This document shows positions 18,142-28,021 of a DNA stretch of 29,615 bases, piece after piece. Below the pieces are notes generated by a model. It saw nothing but the letters and a program-made list of their open reading frames with translations. It made no database searches and was not told the origin of the DNA. The stretch lies in contig CAVXTM010000008.1 in assembly GCA_963764725.1 (NCBI GenBank), forward strand, positions 1-29,615, read 5' to 3'. This DNA comes from an uncultured Gammaproteobacteria bacterium. Its GTDB lineage: Bacteria; Pseudomonadota; Gammaproteobacteria; JACCXJ01. Each line of letters opens with the position of its first letter. The stretch's first letter is position 1. A program made the position numbers and the translations under genes.

Positions 18142-18684
18142 CTACTTGCTGATTGCCTTAGCCAGTTGCCCGGACAGGTATCCGAAAATCGCGCCAAGGA
18201 TCATCGACGCGATCAATAGAATGAGCGGGTTTTCAACGCTCGCCGATAGCAGGTTCTGAAGCGGCCCTGTCCCTGGCGTATCGGGTGTAGCGCCCGGTGC
18301 GGAGGCCTGGTGCAGCGAGTAGGCAACGGTTGAAGCGTAGCCGTAAACGTTGGCGGGAACCGCCGACAATGGCTCGATCGACGCTACGATCACGAGGAAA
18401 AACACGGTCACACCGACGACGCTGGCGATCGCGCCGGTACCCATGTCCGCAGCGCCAGCCTTGAAAAGGATGAGAAGTGCAATCCACGCGATTAGAACGC
18501 CGTACGTGGTGCCGGCGATCGTCTTGATCAGCGCCTTGTTGTCACCGCCCGCATGAAAAAAGCAGCCCCACGCGATGAAACCCGCCCAGACAAGCACTAT
18601 CCCGGAAAGTGGACCAAGAGCCAGGTAGGCCCAGATACCCCCAAGCACTGCGATGCTGAAAGAAAGCGCGACTAGCTGTGGCAT
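18142..18684 (-). CDS. DUF1097-family membrane protein
   Basis: WAGFIAWGCFF, PANVYGYAST and GAIFGYLS motifs; AGGAGG RBS. Confidence 0.82.
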   Translation of the reverse strand: MPQLVALSFSIAVLGGIWAYLALGPLSGIVLVWAGFIAWGCFFHAGGDNKALIKTIAGTTYGVLIAWIALLILFKAGAADMGTGAIASVVGVTVFFLVIVASIEPLSAVPANVYGYASTVAYSLHQASAPGATPDTPGTGPLQNLLSASVENPLILLIASMILGAIFGYLSGQLAKAISK

Positions 18685-18962
18685 GATTCCCTCCTTTAGA
18701 TTGTAGAGTTCTCGTTATTCGCCGAAGGGCCCATCCGGTCGCATCTCGCGACCGACTAGCCACCATCCCCGACCCCAGATGATCAGCCGTGGATGATGTC
18801 CGTTTAACTATAGCACAAACCAGTGCCCCATGCGATGACACGGCACAGCATTGCGGTTGCCAGACATTCCGACGCCATCAAGGCCGACGGTGGCCCGGTG
18901 CTGGAATACGTCAGATCTGGTCACGCTAGTTTCGGTCTTCATATACATCGTAAAATAGGCGG

Positions 18963-19685
18963 GTGTTCCGGCAACTACTGAAACGATTCTCAGCGATCCT
19001 GTTTTTGGTCTTCACGGTAGCGTCTCTATCGATATTATCAGCATTGCCAGCGGGCGGCACCGAGACTACGCTCCGGGCGCAACTGGAAGCCTTGGCGGCT
19101 AGCTCCGGTGTCGTCATTTCTGGACTCGACCATATCTACGCCGCCGCTGCGTACCGATCGGTGAAAGGGACCCTGGAAGAACGGCTCAAGTCGCTGCTGG
19201 AGGACTACAACTATATGGTGGTCGAGCCGTCATCCGGGCAGATCGAGAAGGTCATCATCATCAGCCTCAAACAGCCACCTGACAAGCGTTACATCAGCCC
19301 TTATGTAGCGAGCACGCGTGTGGGTGCTCATCACCAGGTACAGGCCTTCATCATCGGACAGAACAACCAGGGTCGCGATGTGGCTCTATTGGTCGATACG
19401 GGCGCCTCGACCGTTGTGCTACCGGCCTCCATGAGTACGCAACTCGGCTTCCAACCTGGGGATCTCGAAGACGGGGTTGCGCAGACGGCAAGCGACCGGG
19501 TAGCGGCCAAGCTCGGGGTCCTGAAGTCAGTTCGCGTAGGAGAGATTTCCGTGAACGACGTCAAGGTTACTTTCATATCGGACGACCGTCTGGGCAACAC
19601 CATGCTTCTCGGGATGAGCTTTCTCGAGAGGTTCAATGTCACCATCGACGATGCGCACAATGCACTGATCTTATTGCCTAAATAG
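18963..19685 (+). CDS. Exported retropepsin-like (clan AA) aspartic protease with an extra N-terminal domain
   Basis: LVDTGAS and LLGMSFL motifs; signal peptide. Confidence 0.85.
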   Translation: MFRQLLKRFSAILFLVFTVASLSILSALPAGGTETTLRAQLEALAASSGVVISGLDHIYAAAAYRSVKGTLEERLKSLLEDYNYMVVEPSSGQIEKVIIISLKQPPDKRYISPYVASTRVGAHHQVQAFIIGQNNQGRDVALLVDTGASTVVLPASMSTQLGFQPGDLEDGVAQTASDRVAAKLGVLKSVRVGEISVNDVKVTFISDDRLGNTMLLGMSFLERFNVTIDDAHNALILLPK

Positions 19686-19792
19686 GAAGAGACAGCGTAT
19701 GCGCATCGATTCTTTAAATCATAGTCCCGCTCGGCGGAGAAACGACTGCGGCGTGGGAGGGAGCAGCCTGCGCAACCGGGCGTTGGAATAAG

Positions 19793-20989
19793 CTACTCCT
19801 CAAGCGGAGCTACGCTCCTAAAAAGCTTGAACAGGGTCAAGTCATAGACGATCTTCAATCCGCCTGCGGCGATCAGCGGCCAGCCGAAGCTCGACACGCT
19901 CAGTAGGTAGCCCGCGAGCAGCGGCCCTACCGCCGTGGCGAGGCTGCGCGGGACGCTGGTCACGCTCGCCGCAGCTGCGCGCTCGTGTTTGGCGACGACC
20001 GACATCACGAACGCCGAGCGCGTCGGCACGTCCATTTGCGAAAGCAGGCTGCGTGCGAGCAATAATGCGATCGCGATCGGCAAGCTCGGCGCAAACGCGG
20101 TTAATATGAGCAACACATTAGCTGGGAGATGGGTGAAGACCATAGTGTTGACCAAACCGAAGCGTCCGGCGATGCGCACCGCGACGAGATAAGAAACCGC
20201 AGACAGAACCCCGCTCCAAAAAAAAATCGTACCGGCGAGCGCGACCGAAAGCTCAAAGCGCTCGAACAACCAAAGCGCGAGCAGGGATTGCACGACAAAT
20301 CCTCCGGCGAATGCATCAAGGCTGAACAACGCGGCCAGCGTATAGACCCTTTTTTTCGAGCGCGAAAGCGCAGAAGCCGGAGTCTCGCGTGCGGCCACGC
20401 TATGGTTCGAGAGCCCGCGATAAAGTGCGAAGCAGATTAAGCCGAGCCCTGTGTATAGGATGAACATCGCTCGCAGCGCATCCTGGGCATTCGCCGCAAA
20501 CAGCGAAGGCAAGCCAGCCGCGAGGGCGCCTACGGCAGCGATTAGCGTGCCGACGATGGCATAAGCGGCGAAGGCCGCGGTACGACTCTGTCTTTCAATC
20601 GCTTCGGAAAGCTTGGCGTGTTCGAGGGGCAGAAACACGCTGACGTCACCGCTAGAGGGATTTAAAGTGCCGACGACGGCGATCGCCAGCAAGATCCAAA
20701 AGTCGGTGAACGCGGCAAAACCAAGACCCGTCGCAGTCATCAGCACGCAGGCAAGCATCAATAGCTCGCGTTGCGCGATACGGTGCGCGACGTGGCCGAC
20801 GGCCAGCGTCGCCAGCCCAGAGCCGAGCAGAGTGCCGGTCGCAATCGCCCCGATTTCGAACGCGCTGAATCCTAGGGTTTTTAAGTAAAACGGCAGCAGC
20901 AGACTGATGTAGCCGTCGCCGAAAGCGCGCACCGCGCGAGCGCCGAGCAGCAGACGCAGGTCGCGATTACCGGCGACGGATAAACTCAC
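19793..20989 (-). CDS. MFS transporter
   Basis: Multiple TM helices; RAFGDG, NPSSGD, SLDAFAGG and SQMDVPTR motifs. Confidence 0.9.
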   Translation of the reverse strand: MSLSVAGNRDLRLLLGARAVRAFGDGYISLLLPFYLKTLGFSAFEIGAIATGTLLGSGLATLAVGHVAHRIAQRELLMLACVLMTATGLGFAAFTDFWILLAIAVVGTLNPSSGDVSVFLPLEHAKLSEAIERQSRTAAFAAYAIVGTLIAAVGALAAGLPSLFAANAQDALRAMFILYTGLGLICFALYRGLSNHSVAARETPASALSRSKKRVYTLAALFSLDAFAGGFVVQSLLALWLFERFELSVALAGTIFFWSGVLSAVSYLVAVRIAGRFGLVNTMVFTHLPANVLLILTAFAPSLPIAIALLLARSLLSQMDVPTRSAFVMSVVAKHERAAAASVTSVPRSLATAVGPLLAGYLLSVSSFGWPLIAAGGLKIVYDLTLFKLFRSVAPLEE

Positions 20990-21019
20990 GCGAGGTGCGC
21001 CGGCAAACTCCGATGCAGC

Positions 21020-21913
21020 TTAGGCGCCGAGGGCGACGAGGAGCGCAGGCGCGTGAGGTTCGGCGACCGCACGGTTGTGGAAAGCGGCGAGCGGGCCCGC
21101 ACCCAACACAGGGTCACCCGATGCGCTATAACCGATGGCTTTAAAAAACCATCCGCCGTGCAGCCATTTGAGCACGCCGACGTGGCTATCCGCAGCGTCG
21201 AAGACCGCGTGCAGATCGGCGCGCAATTGTAGCAATTGAAGACGCTCTAACCTGGCGGAGACCGCAGCGGCGAAGCGGCGCCTGAACCGCGTATCGCTGC
21301 CGCTGAAAAACAAGGTGGGCGCAAAACTGCGCCTATGCTCGGGCGTAGGCCCAAGGCGCAACAGTGCGAGGTAGTGTTCGTCGGTACCATAGCCGACGTT
21401 TGTCTTCCATCCATATCCAGGATAGGTTTCGGCTAAGCGATGCATTATTCGATCGCGCGTGACCTTGGCGATAACCGAAGCCGCAGCGATCGATAAACAG
21501 CGCGCGTCGCCTTTAATGATTGTTGTCATGTGGCAAGCAAGCCCCGGCTTGCGGTTGCCGTCGATGAGCGCGGTGTCGATAGTAATCCCAAGGTCGGCGA
21601 CCGCGCGGCGCATGGCAAGCATGTTCGCCTGGTAAATATTCAGCGTGTCGATTTCTTCGACCGTAGCGATGCCGACGCCGAAGTGTGCGATTTGGATAAT
21701 TGCGGCGTAGAGGCGTTCGCGCTCGGGTCCAGCAACCTGCTTTGAATCGTTTAAGCCGTGGAGCGCGCGCGGTTTGCGTACCCATTGCGGGAGGACAACC
21801 GCTGCCGCGACTACCGGTCCAGCGAGCGGTGCGCATCCAGCTTCATCGATGCCCGCGACGACGCCGTGCGCTGCGCGTTCAAAGCTTAGATCGGGAAGTT
21901 TGGGTTTTTTCAC
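21020..21913 (-). CDS. rnhB: Ribonuclease HII with C-terminal extension
   Basis: GIDEAG, LNDSK, LIDG, KGD..CLSIAAASVIAKVTRD, GYGT and HRRSF motifs. Confidence 0.88.
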   Translation of the reverse strand: MKKPKLPDLSFERAAHGVVAGIDEAGCAPLAGPVVAAAVVLPQWVRKPRALHGLNDSKQVAGPERERLYAAIIQIAHFGVGIATVEEIDTLNIYQANMLAMRRAVADLGITIDTALIDGNRKPGLACHMTTIIKGDARCLSIAAASVIAKVTRDRIMHRLAETYPGYGWKTNVGYGTDEHYLALLRLGPTPEHRRSFAPTLFFSGSDTRFRRRFAAAVSARLERLQLLQLRADLHAVFDAADSHVGVLKWLHGGWFFKAIGYSASGDPVLGAGPLAAFHNRAVAEPHAPALLVALGA

Positions 21914-22098
21914 GCCGTTTTTTTTAGCCGTTCGCCGGAATTCTACTCCGCGCTGCGGGGTACAACCTCACTGACCCGCTAAACCACCCACAGATTTCTC
22001 AGACGAGCCAAAATTCCTATACACCGCTCGCGCGTCAGTATTTTCCCTCATGATTGGCGACACAGCCTGGCGGTTTGCTACAGGCAGCTTCGCCACCC

Positions 22099-24051
22099 TC
22101 ATTGATACATGCTCAGGAACTGCTGTACGTTCCCGGGGTTGGCGAGCATCCAGGCCGTGTAGCTGGCGAGCAGGTTGACCTCCTGCGCCGTGAGGTCCGT
22201 GTGGAGCGTGCTGTAGTGCGGGAAAGAGCTGAACGTCGTGGGATCGCTGAACGGGTTCAGGAGCGCCTGCACCTCCGGGCCAAGCAGGTTGAACCAGCCC
22301 TGGTCGCGGTTGGGGTAGACAAATAGCACGTTGACCGCCGTCGGTCTTCTCTCGACTCCGAACCAGGGGTTGTCCAGTACGGTGAGAGTCTGCTTATAGA
22401 GGGTGCTGCCGCTGTTCGCGCCGCTGCCGCTCGCCGCCCACAGGCCCTGGATCACGTCGGCCAGCAGGTGCGACTCGAATACCTGGCTGTTGCTGCCCTG
22501 GGGAAAAGTAGGGTTGGGGTGGTCCTTGTAGAGCACATAGCCGGCTTGCGGGTTGTACGGCTGGTAGCCGAACAGCGGCGGGATATCCGGCGTGATGATC
22601 ACTCGCGTGTTCGGCACTTCCTTGCCGTCGGCGCCGATCATGCCGAGGCTGGCCGCGGCGATGGGCGTGGAGGAGTTGAAAAAGGCGATGACGTTGTCGA
22701 TGTCCGAATAGGAGAGCATGGCGTTGATGCCGCTGTTGTCCAGGTTGCCGCCGTCCGCGAAGCCGGTCGGCCTCGTCTGCGGGAACGGCTGGACACCTGC
22801 CACGGGCCAGTACTGGTACTCGGGGATCAGCCCCTGGAGGACCTGGAAGTCCGCCTTCAAGCTGGCCAGGTCCCCGGCCGTCGCCAGCTCGATGCGGCTT
22901 TCTAGGAACTTCTCGGGCCCGGACAGGCCCTTGGCCACGTGCTCGGCTACGTCCTCAGCCAGACGCCCGACCTCGTCGAGATGGGAGAACCGTTTCTTGA
23001 TCCAGTCCCAGAGGTCGTCCGCCAGTTCCTTCAGGGTATCCAGGAACTGCTGCGGGTCCTGCTCCCAGAGGACGAACTGGTTCCTCAGGATGTCGGCGAA
23101 GAAGGCGCTGCTCGCGCCGACGATGTCGGTGAGCGAAAGCTGCCGCTGCTGGTTGACCGTGACGCCGGCGCCCTGGACGGCGGTGGGGTTCGAGCTGAAG
23201 GCGAAGGAAGTGACGCCGCCCCCGCCCGGAGTGCGGCCGTTGGCGTCCGTGCCCGTGGGAAAGCCGACGATGCCGGTCATGAACGCGGTGGCCTGCACCG
23301 GTGCCAGAGGCTGGAACTTGGTGGTCGGCTCGCTCAGGAACATGGCCGCGTTGCAGATCAGGAACGGCCGGCGGGTGCGGCCCTGGCCCCTGGCGATGAG
23401 ATGCGCCGTCTCGCTCCCGAGTTGGGGGTTGGGACCGGTGATCTGGGATTGCAGCGTGGCCTGATTCCAGGAGAAGAGCGAGTCCGGCAAGGCCTGGCGG
23501 CCCGGATTGTAGAGGCCGTACGGCCACAGGATATGAGAACCCGTTAAGGCCTGCCAGATGAAGTCCAGGGGCGTGCCGAGGATCTTGTAGAGGAGGAAGG
23601 CCTCGACGGCCAGGGCCGCCGGGGAGAAGAGGTCCGAGCTCACTGAGTTGCCGATGTTGCCCGGCGGCAGCTCGTCGAGCGTTTCGGCCGGTGAATGGCC
23701 GGGCGTGGCGGTGGGCACCAGCCGGCCCGGGTCCGCGACGTACTCGTTCAGGTAAGCGGCGTCGCTGGTGCTCGATGTGAGGAACTCGAAGGTCACGCCG
23801 ACCCACGATCCTCCGGAGACCGTGGAGAGGGCCTTGGTCTGGCTCAAGAGGCTCTGGCCGTTGAGCTGCAAAGCGGAGAGGGCACGCAGCTCGCCCATGC
23901 CGCCCGAGAGCGCCCGCGATCCGCCGCCGCTCAGGCAGACGCCGACGTTGCCGGGGGTGTTCGGGAGCGAATCGAACTGCCCGACCGTCAGGGATCCCGA
24001 GGTCTCCGTGAGCTGCGCCTTGAAGCTGCCGGGCACGCCTGCCTGAGCCAT
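22099..24051 (-). CDS. Patatin/cPLA2 (lysophospholipase)-like phospholipase
   Basis: Oxyanion motif SGGGSR, nucleophile motif TVSGGSW and catalytic DGG; AGGAGG RBS. Confidence 0.78.
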   Translation of the reverse strand: MAQAGVPGSFKAQLTETSGSLTVGQFDSLPNTPGNVGVCLSGGGSRALSGGMGELRALSALQLNGQSLLSQTKALSTVSGGSWVGVTFEFLTSSTSDAAYLNEYVADPGRLVPTATPGHSPAETLDELPPGNIGNSVSSDLFSPAALAVEAFLLYKILGTPLDFIWQALTGSHILWPYGLYNPGRQALPDSLFSWNQATLQSQITGPNPQLGSETAHLIARGQGRTRRPFLICNAAMFLSEPTTKFQPLAPVQATAFMTGIVGFPTGTDANGRTPGGGGVTSFAFSSNPTAVQGAGVTVNQQRQLSLTDIVGASSAFFADILRNQFVLWEQDPQQFLDTLKELADDLWDWIKKRFSHLDEVGRLAEDVAEHVAKGLSGPEKFLESRIELATAGDLASLKADFQVLQGLIPEYQYWPVAGVQPFPQTRPTGFADGGNLDNSGINAMLSYSDIDNVIAFFNSSTPIAAASLGMIGADGKEVPNTRVIITPDIPPLFGYQPYNPQAGYVLYKDHPNPTFPQGSNSQVFESHLLADVIQGLWAASGSGANSGSTLYKQTLTVLDNPWFGVERRPTAVNVLFVYPNRDQGWFNLLGPEVQALLNPFSDPTTFSSFPHYSTLHTDLTAQEVNLLASYTAWMLANPGNVQQFLSMYQ

Positions 24052-24211
24052 AAATGGACCTCCTTCGCGATCTGGGGTGTGACTTGCGCTTCAGAATACG
24101 GCAACTGCTTGAGGGATACTACCTGTCAGGCAGGCGGATTGCCTTCGATTGACCTCCATGGCCACCGGGCTGGAAGTCCGCGACTACTACCACATAAACG
24201 ACTGATCTCTA

Positions 24212-24288
24212 TGGTGGCTATGGGTGGACTCGAACCACCGACCTCAGCATTATGAGTGCCGCGCTCTAACCGGCTGAGCTACATAGCC
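24212..24288 (-). tRNA. tRNA-Met (CAT), elongator type
   Basis: GGCTATG acceptor stem, TAGCTCAG D arm, CTCATAA anticodon loop, GGTTCGAGTCC T arm and encoded CCA; paired G1-C72 argues against an initiator. Confidence 0.95.
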
Positions 24289-24594
24289 AAAACGCTGCGT
24301 GTATCCCCGCGATGCCGCTGGGCGTGTGTGCTACGGAAAGGCGGGAGATCTTCAGGATTTAGCGTGAGGATGTCAAGGAATGGTCAAGTCCCGTGGTTGC
24401 TGCAATTGTGTGAGCGGGATGCAGGTTTTATTAACAGAGTATTAAGCGCAGCACGTCTGGGCTTTTGAAATGCGTCGTGAGATCGCGGCGAGCGACTGGG
24501 GGTTGCGGAACACCAGAGTCAGTGGCACATTCGCTCTGATAGGCCGACCAGTAATAGCTCTGCGGCCAGTCACTCAAAGAAGACGGGATCTCAG

Positions 24595-25602
24595 CTAGTG
24601 TTCATAGCGCGTCTCGGTCTTCACCTTGCCGCGGAACACCCAGTACGACCAGCCGGTGTACATCAAGATGATCGGCAGCAAGAACAGTGTGCCGATAAGC
24701 AGAAACGCTTGGGACTGCGGCGCGGCGGCTGCGTCCCACAGCGTGATCGTCGGCGGCACGATGTACGGGAAGAAGCTGATCGCAAGCCCGAGATAGCAGG
24801 TCGCGAATAGTCCCATCGCGGCGACGAACGGCACGACGTCGCGCCCGCCCGCAAGGGACCGCCACAGCCACCAGGCGATCGCTGCGGTTGCGATCGGCAC
24901 CGGGGCGAAGTACGCGATGTTGGGCCACGAGAACCAACGCACGGCGATCCGGGTGTCCAGGAACGGCGTCCAGAGACTCACCATGCCGATGAAGGCGAGC
25001 GTACCGAAGAGTCCGACCCGCGCCCTCGTGCGCGCCCAGTCCTGTAGCCCGCCTTCGGTTTTCATCACCAGCCACGTCGCACCGAGCAAGAGATAGCCGA
25101 AGACGAGCCCGACACCCACCGCGAGCACGAAGGGGTGCACCCAGTCCCAGCTCGTCCCGGCGTACTGCCGTCCGCTCACCGCAAAGCCCAGCACGAACTT
25201 TCCAAGCACGCAGCCCTGGGCGAAGGTCGCGATGAGCGAGCCCCAGAAGAACGCGTGGTCCCAGCGCTTGCTGGTCATGCGCGTGCCGGGCCGGAGCTCA
25301 AAGGCGACGCCACGGAAGACGAGGCCCAGCACCATCGCTAGGAGCGGAAAGTAGAGCGCCGGGAAGATGATCGCGAAGGCGAGCGGGAATGCCGCGAACA
25401 GCGCCAACCCCCCGAGCACGAGCCAGGTTTCGTTTCCGTCCCAGATGGGCGCCACCGAAGCCATCATGAGATCGCGCGCGCTATCGCCGGGCGCGAAGGG
25501 GAAGAGGATCCCGACGCCGAGATCGAAACCGTCCAATAGTACATACATGAAAACCCCGAAGGCGAGGATGACAGTCCAGATGGGCACGAGGTCGAGGACC
25601 AT
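24595..25602 (-). CDS. cydB: Cytochrome bd ubiquinol oxidase subunit II (CioB-like)
   Basis: YVLLDGFDLGVG, PIWDGNETWLV and YWVFRGKV motifs. Confidence 0.95.
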   Translation of the reverse strand: MVLDLVPIWTVILAFGVFMYVLLDGFDLGVGILFPFAPGDSARDLMMASVAPIWDGNETWLVLGGLALFAAFPLAFAIIFPALYFPLLAMVLGLVFRGVAFELRPGTRMTSKRWDHAFFWGSLIATFAQGCVLGKFVLGFAVSGRQYAGTSWDWVHPFVLAVGVGLVFGYLLLGATWLVMKTEGGLQDWARTRARVGLFGTLAFIGMVSLWTPFLDTRIAVRWFSWPNIAYFAPVPIATAAIAWWLWRSLAGGRDVVPFVAAMGLFATCYLGLAISFFPYIVPPTITLWDAAAAPQSQAFLLIGTLFLLPIILMYTGWSYWVFRGKVKTETRYEH

Positions 25603-25610
25603 GGTAGGCT

Positions 25611-27002
25611 TCAGTCAGACCCCGGACCGGTGGCCGCCGACAACGGCCGGGCCGGACGTTGTTCGGGCCGCAGCTCCTGGCTCTCGAGCGCTTCCGGGAG
25701 ACCTTGCCGCACGAGCCGCAAGAAATAGTTAAGGCCGGCGCCGAAGATGACGATGTACACCGCGATGTAGGTGAGGAGTGACGCAAGGACGTCGCCGCCC
25801 GTGAGCGTGGGCGTCACCGCGTCCGCGGTGCGCAGGAGTCCGTAGACCACGTAAGGCTGCCGGCCTACCTCCGTCGTAATCCAGCCGGCGGTCACGGCGA
25901 CATAGCCGACCGGGATCGCCCAGGTGGCGGCGCGCAGGAACACCGGGCTGCCGAAGAGCCGATTGCGCCACGCGAGCCACCATGCCCAGGCCGTGAGCGC
26001 GAACATGATTGCCCACATGCCGACCATCACCCGGAAGCCGAAGAACACCGGCACCACCGGCGGGCGGTTCGCACGCGGAAAGTCCTTGAGCCCGCGGACT
26101 ACGCCGTCCCAACTGTGGGTGAGATAGAGGCTCCCGAGCTTGGGGATCGCCAGCTCGGCGCGGTTCCTCTCGGCAGTTTCATCGGGAAGGGCAAACAGCA
26201 CCGCCGGCGCCCCGGCGCGCGTCTCCCACAGGCTCTCCATCGCCGCGAGCTTCTGCGGCTGATGCTCGAGCGTATTCAACCCGTGCAGATCGCCGAGCAA
26301 CGCCTGCGCGGGCACCAGTATCGAGGCGAGGATCACGCCCATCGCGATCATGACCTTCGCCTCGTCGAGATAGCGGCCCTGGCGCAGATACCAGGCCGCG
26401 ACTCCGATCACCGTGAACGCGGTGGTGAGATAGACAGCGGTCACCGTATGCAGCAACCGGTACGGGAACGACGGGTTGAAGATAACCGCCAGCCAGTCGG
26501 TCGGCACGAACCGTCCGTCGATGATCTCGAAGCCCGCGGGCGTCTGCATCCAACTGTTCGCCGCCAGGATCCAGAACGCGCTGAGGAGCGTCCCGATCGC
26601 GACCATCAGCGCGGAGAAGAAGTGCGCCCACTGCGGGACGAGCTTGCGTCCGAAGAGCAGCACGCCGAGGAATCCCGCCTCCAGGAAAAACGCCATCAGG
26701 GCTTCATAGGCCATCAGCGGGGCGACGATGTTCGCGGTGGCGTCCGAGTAGCGGCTCCAGTTGGTGCCGAGCTGGTAGGGCAAGACGATCCCCGATACCA
26801 CACCCATACCGAACGCCACAGCGAAAATCCTGATCCAGAAGGTCGAGATCCGAAGATAGACCTGCTTCTTGGTCGCCAGGAGCAGCCCTTCCAGCACCGC
26901 GATGTAGGACGCTAACCCGATCGTGAACGCCGGCAGCAGGAAGTGAAAGGCGATGACGAAGGCGAATTGGAGACGCGAAAGAATAACGGGATCTAAACTC
27001 AT
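25611..27002 (-). CDS. cydA: Cytochrome bd ubiquinol oxidase subunit I (short Q-loop, CioA-like)
   Basis: SRLQFA...FH, ANSWMQTP, QPQKLAAME and EVGRQP motifs; GAGGGG RBS favours ATG 27002. Confidence 0.95.
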   Translation of the reverse strand: MSLDPVILSRLQFAFVIAFHFLLPAFTIGLASYIAVLEGLLLATKKQVYLRISTFWIRIFAVAFGMGVVSGIVLPYQLGTNWSRYSDATANIVAPLMAYEALMAFFLEAGFLGVLLFGRKLVPQWAHFFSALMVAIGTLLSAFWILAANSWMQTPAGFEIIDGRFVPTDWLAVIFNPSFPYRLLHTVTAVYLTTAFTVIGVAAWYLRQGRYLDEAKVMIAMGVILASILVPAQALLGDLHGLNTLEHQPQKLAAMESLWETRAGAPAVLFALPDETAERNRAELAIPKLGSLYLTHSWDGVVRGLKDFPRANRPPVVPVFFGFRVMVGMWAIMFALTAWAWWLAWRNRLFGSPVFLRAATWAIPVGYVAVTAGWITTEVGRQPYVVYGLLRTADAVTPTLTGGDVLASLLTYIAVYIVIFGAGLNYFLRLVRQGLPEALESQELRPEQRPARPLSAATGPGSD

Positions 27003-27189
27003 CGGCATCCCCCTCTAAGCTCAACGTAGTTCAGGCAAACGTCCCCCCCTCCCGCAAAGGCTATTGTATCACTCTTTCTCGCGACGCCCGGCGACTTGAT
27101 CGGGTGTGACCGCCGCTTCCCTCGCGCCAAACCGGCCGGGGCACATAGGTACACCAGCGCAGCAATGTCCGCGTCGGAACGGCCTTTGC

Positions 27190-27314
27190 CTTTGCCAAAT
27201 CTAACCCAATGCGTACAATCTTCATGGTGGACCTCCTCGCTCGTTGCTTGGAAATAAATACATCTTCCATTCTGGCACATCGATGCCTCAGATTCGGGGA
27301 GGTCCATGTCATTC
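27190..27314 (-). mobile_element. Relic left end of an IS110/IS1111-type element with the first 12 transposase codons
   Basis: GAGGAGG RBS and MKIVRIGLDLAK from 27225. Leader similar to 29487-29578 (ACATC.TCCA.T.TGGCACAT..CGATGCC). Sub-terminal IR GGGGAGGTCCAT at 27296-27307. Confidence 0.8.
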
Positions 27315-27491
27315 AAAGCGCATAGAACTCTGGACTCTGCTCTTTGCCTAGCCCAACTGCGATCTCTTCTCGAGAGCAGTCCTGATTTTTCTGCATATAC
27401 TGCCACGTCTCGAGAACACCAAGAATGGCTAGCGCGGGCGCATGCGCGCGCCACGCCCGTTACCTTTACGTTAGAGCATGTTGTTGGTAAG

Positions 27492-27500
27492 TGCTAATAT
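27492..27500 (+). promoter_or_regulatory. Candidate extended -10 promoter (TG-C-TAATAT) for a leaderless TA transcript
   Basis: Ends 6 nt before ATG 27507; no SD sequence present. Confidence 0.45.
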
Positions 27501-27506
27501 ATAATT

Positions 27507-27731
27507 ATGGACATCGAAACCATTCGTCATGAAGTTTTGTCCCTGCCCGCACAAGAGCGGGCTCAATTGGCGGAGCTGCTGCTGTCCAGCCTCGATACCC
27601 TATCAGAGGATGAGATTGAACAACTGTGGTTTCGGGAAGCAGCACGTAGAGCTGCCGAGATGGATCAGGGGTTGGTGCTACGTATCCCCGCTGAGACCGT
27701 GCGTCAAGAGGCCCAAGCACTTCTTAAGTGA
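27507..27731 (+). CDS. Addiction-module antitoxin (TIGR02574-like)
   Basis: LSLPAQERAQLAELLLSSLD...W..EA.RR; overlaps the toxin start by 4 nt. Confidence 0.85.
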   Translation: MDIETIRHEVLSLPAQERAQLAELLLSSLDTLSEDEIEQLWFREAARRAAEMDQGLVLRIPAETVRQEAQALLK

Positions 27732-28021
27732 GTTACTTCTTCAACGCATTGGCGCGAGTCGAGCACCTTGAACATGTCGCTTACTATGAGTCTCAGCAAG
27801 CCGGTCTTGGTGCGCGTTACCTTGGTGCCTTTGACGCAGCCATGGTCAAGGTTTGCGAAGCGCCGCACCGCTATCGGGTCGAGTTCCCTCCAAATATTCG
27901 GCGCTATCGCGTTCCAGGCTTCCCGTACAACATTCTCTACCGGCAGGTGGGTACTGACGTCGAGGTCTTGGTCATCGCTCCGCACCGTCGTCGCCCGAAT
28001 TACTGGCTCGACAGGCTCTAA
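27728..28021 (+). CDS. RelE/ParE-family type II toxin
   Basis: YYESQQAGLGARY, IRRYRVPGFPYNILYR and IAPHRRRPNYW motifs. Confidence 0.87.
   Translation: MSYFFNALARVEHLEHVAYYESQQAGLGARYLGAFDAAMVKVCEAPHRYRVEFPPNIRRYRVPGFPYNILYRQVGTDVEVLVIAPHRRRPNYWLDRL

Noticed and set aside
21990-22012. Possible lone IS terminal repeat (ATTTCTCAGACGAGCC)
   Set aside because: No partner repeat or transposase was found.
22051-24212. Genomic island bounded by a duplicated tRNA-Met 3' end
   Set aside because: I found no second copy of TGGTGGCTATGGG and no intact integrase by eye.
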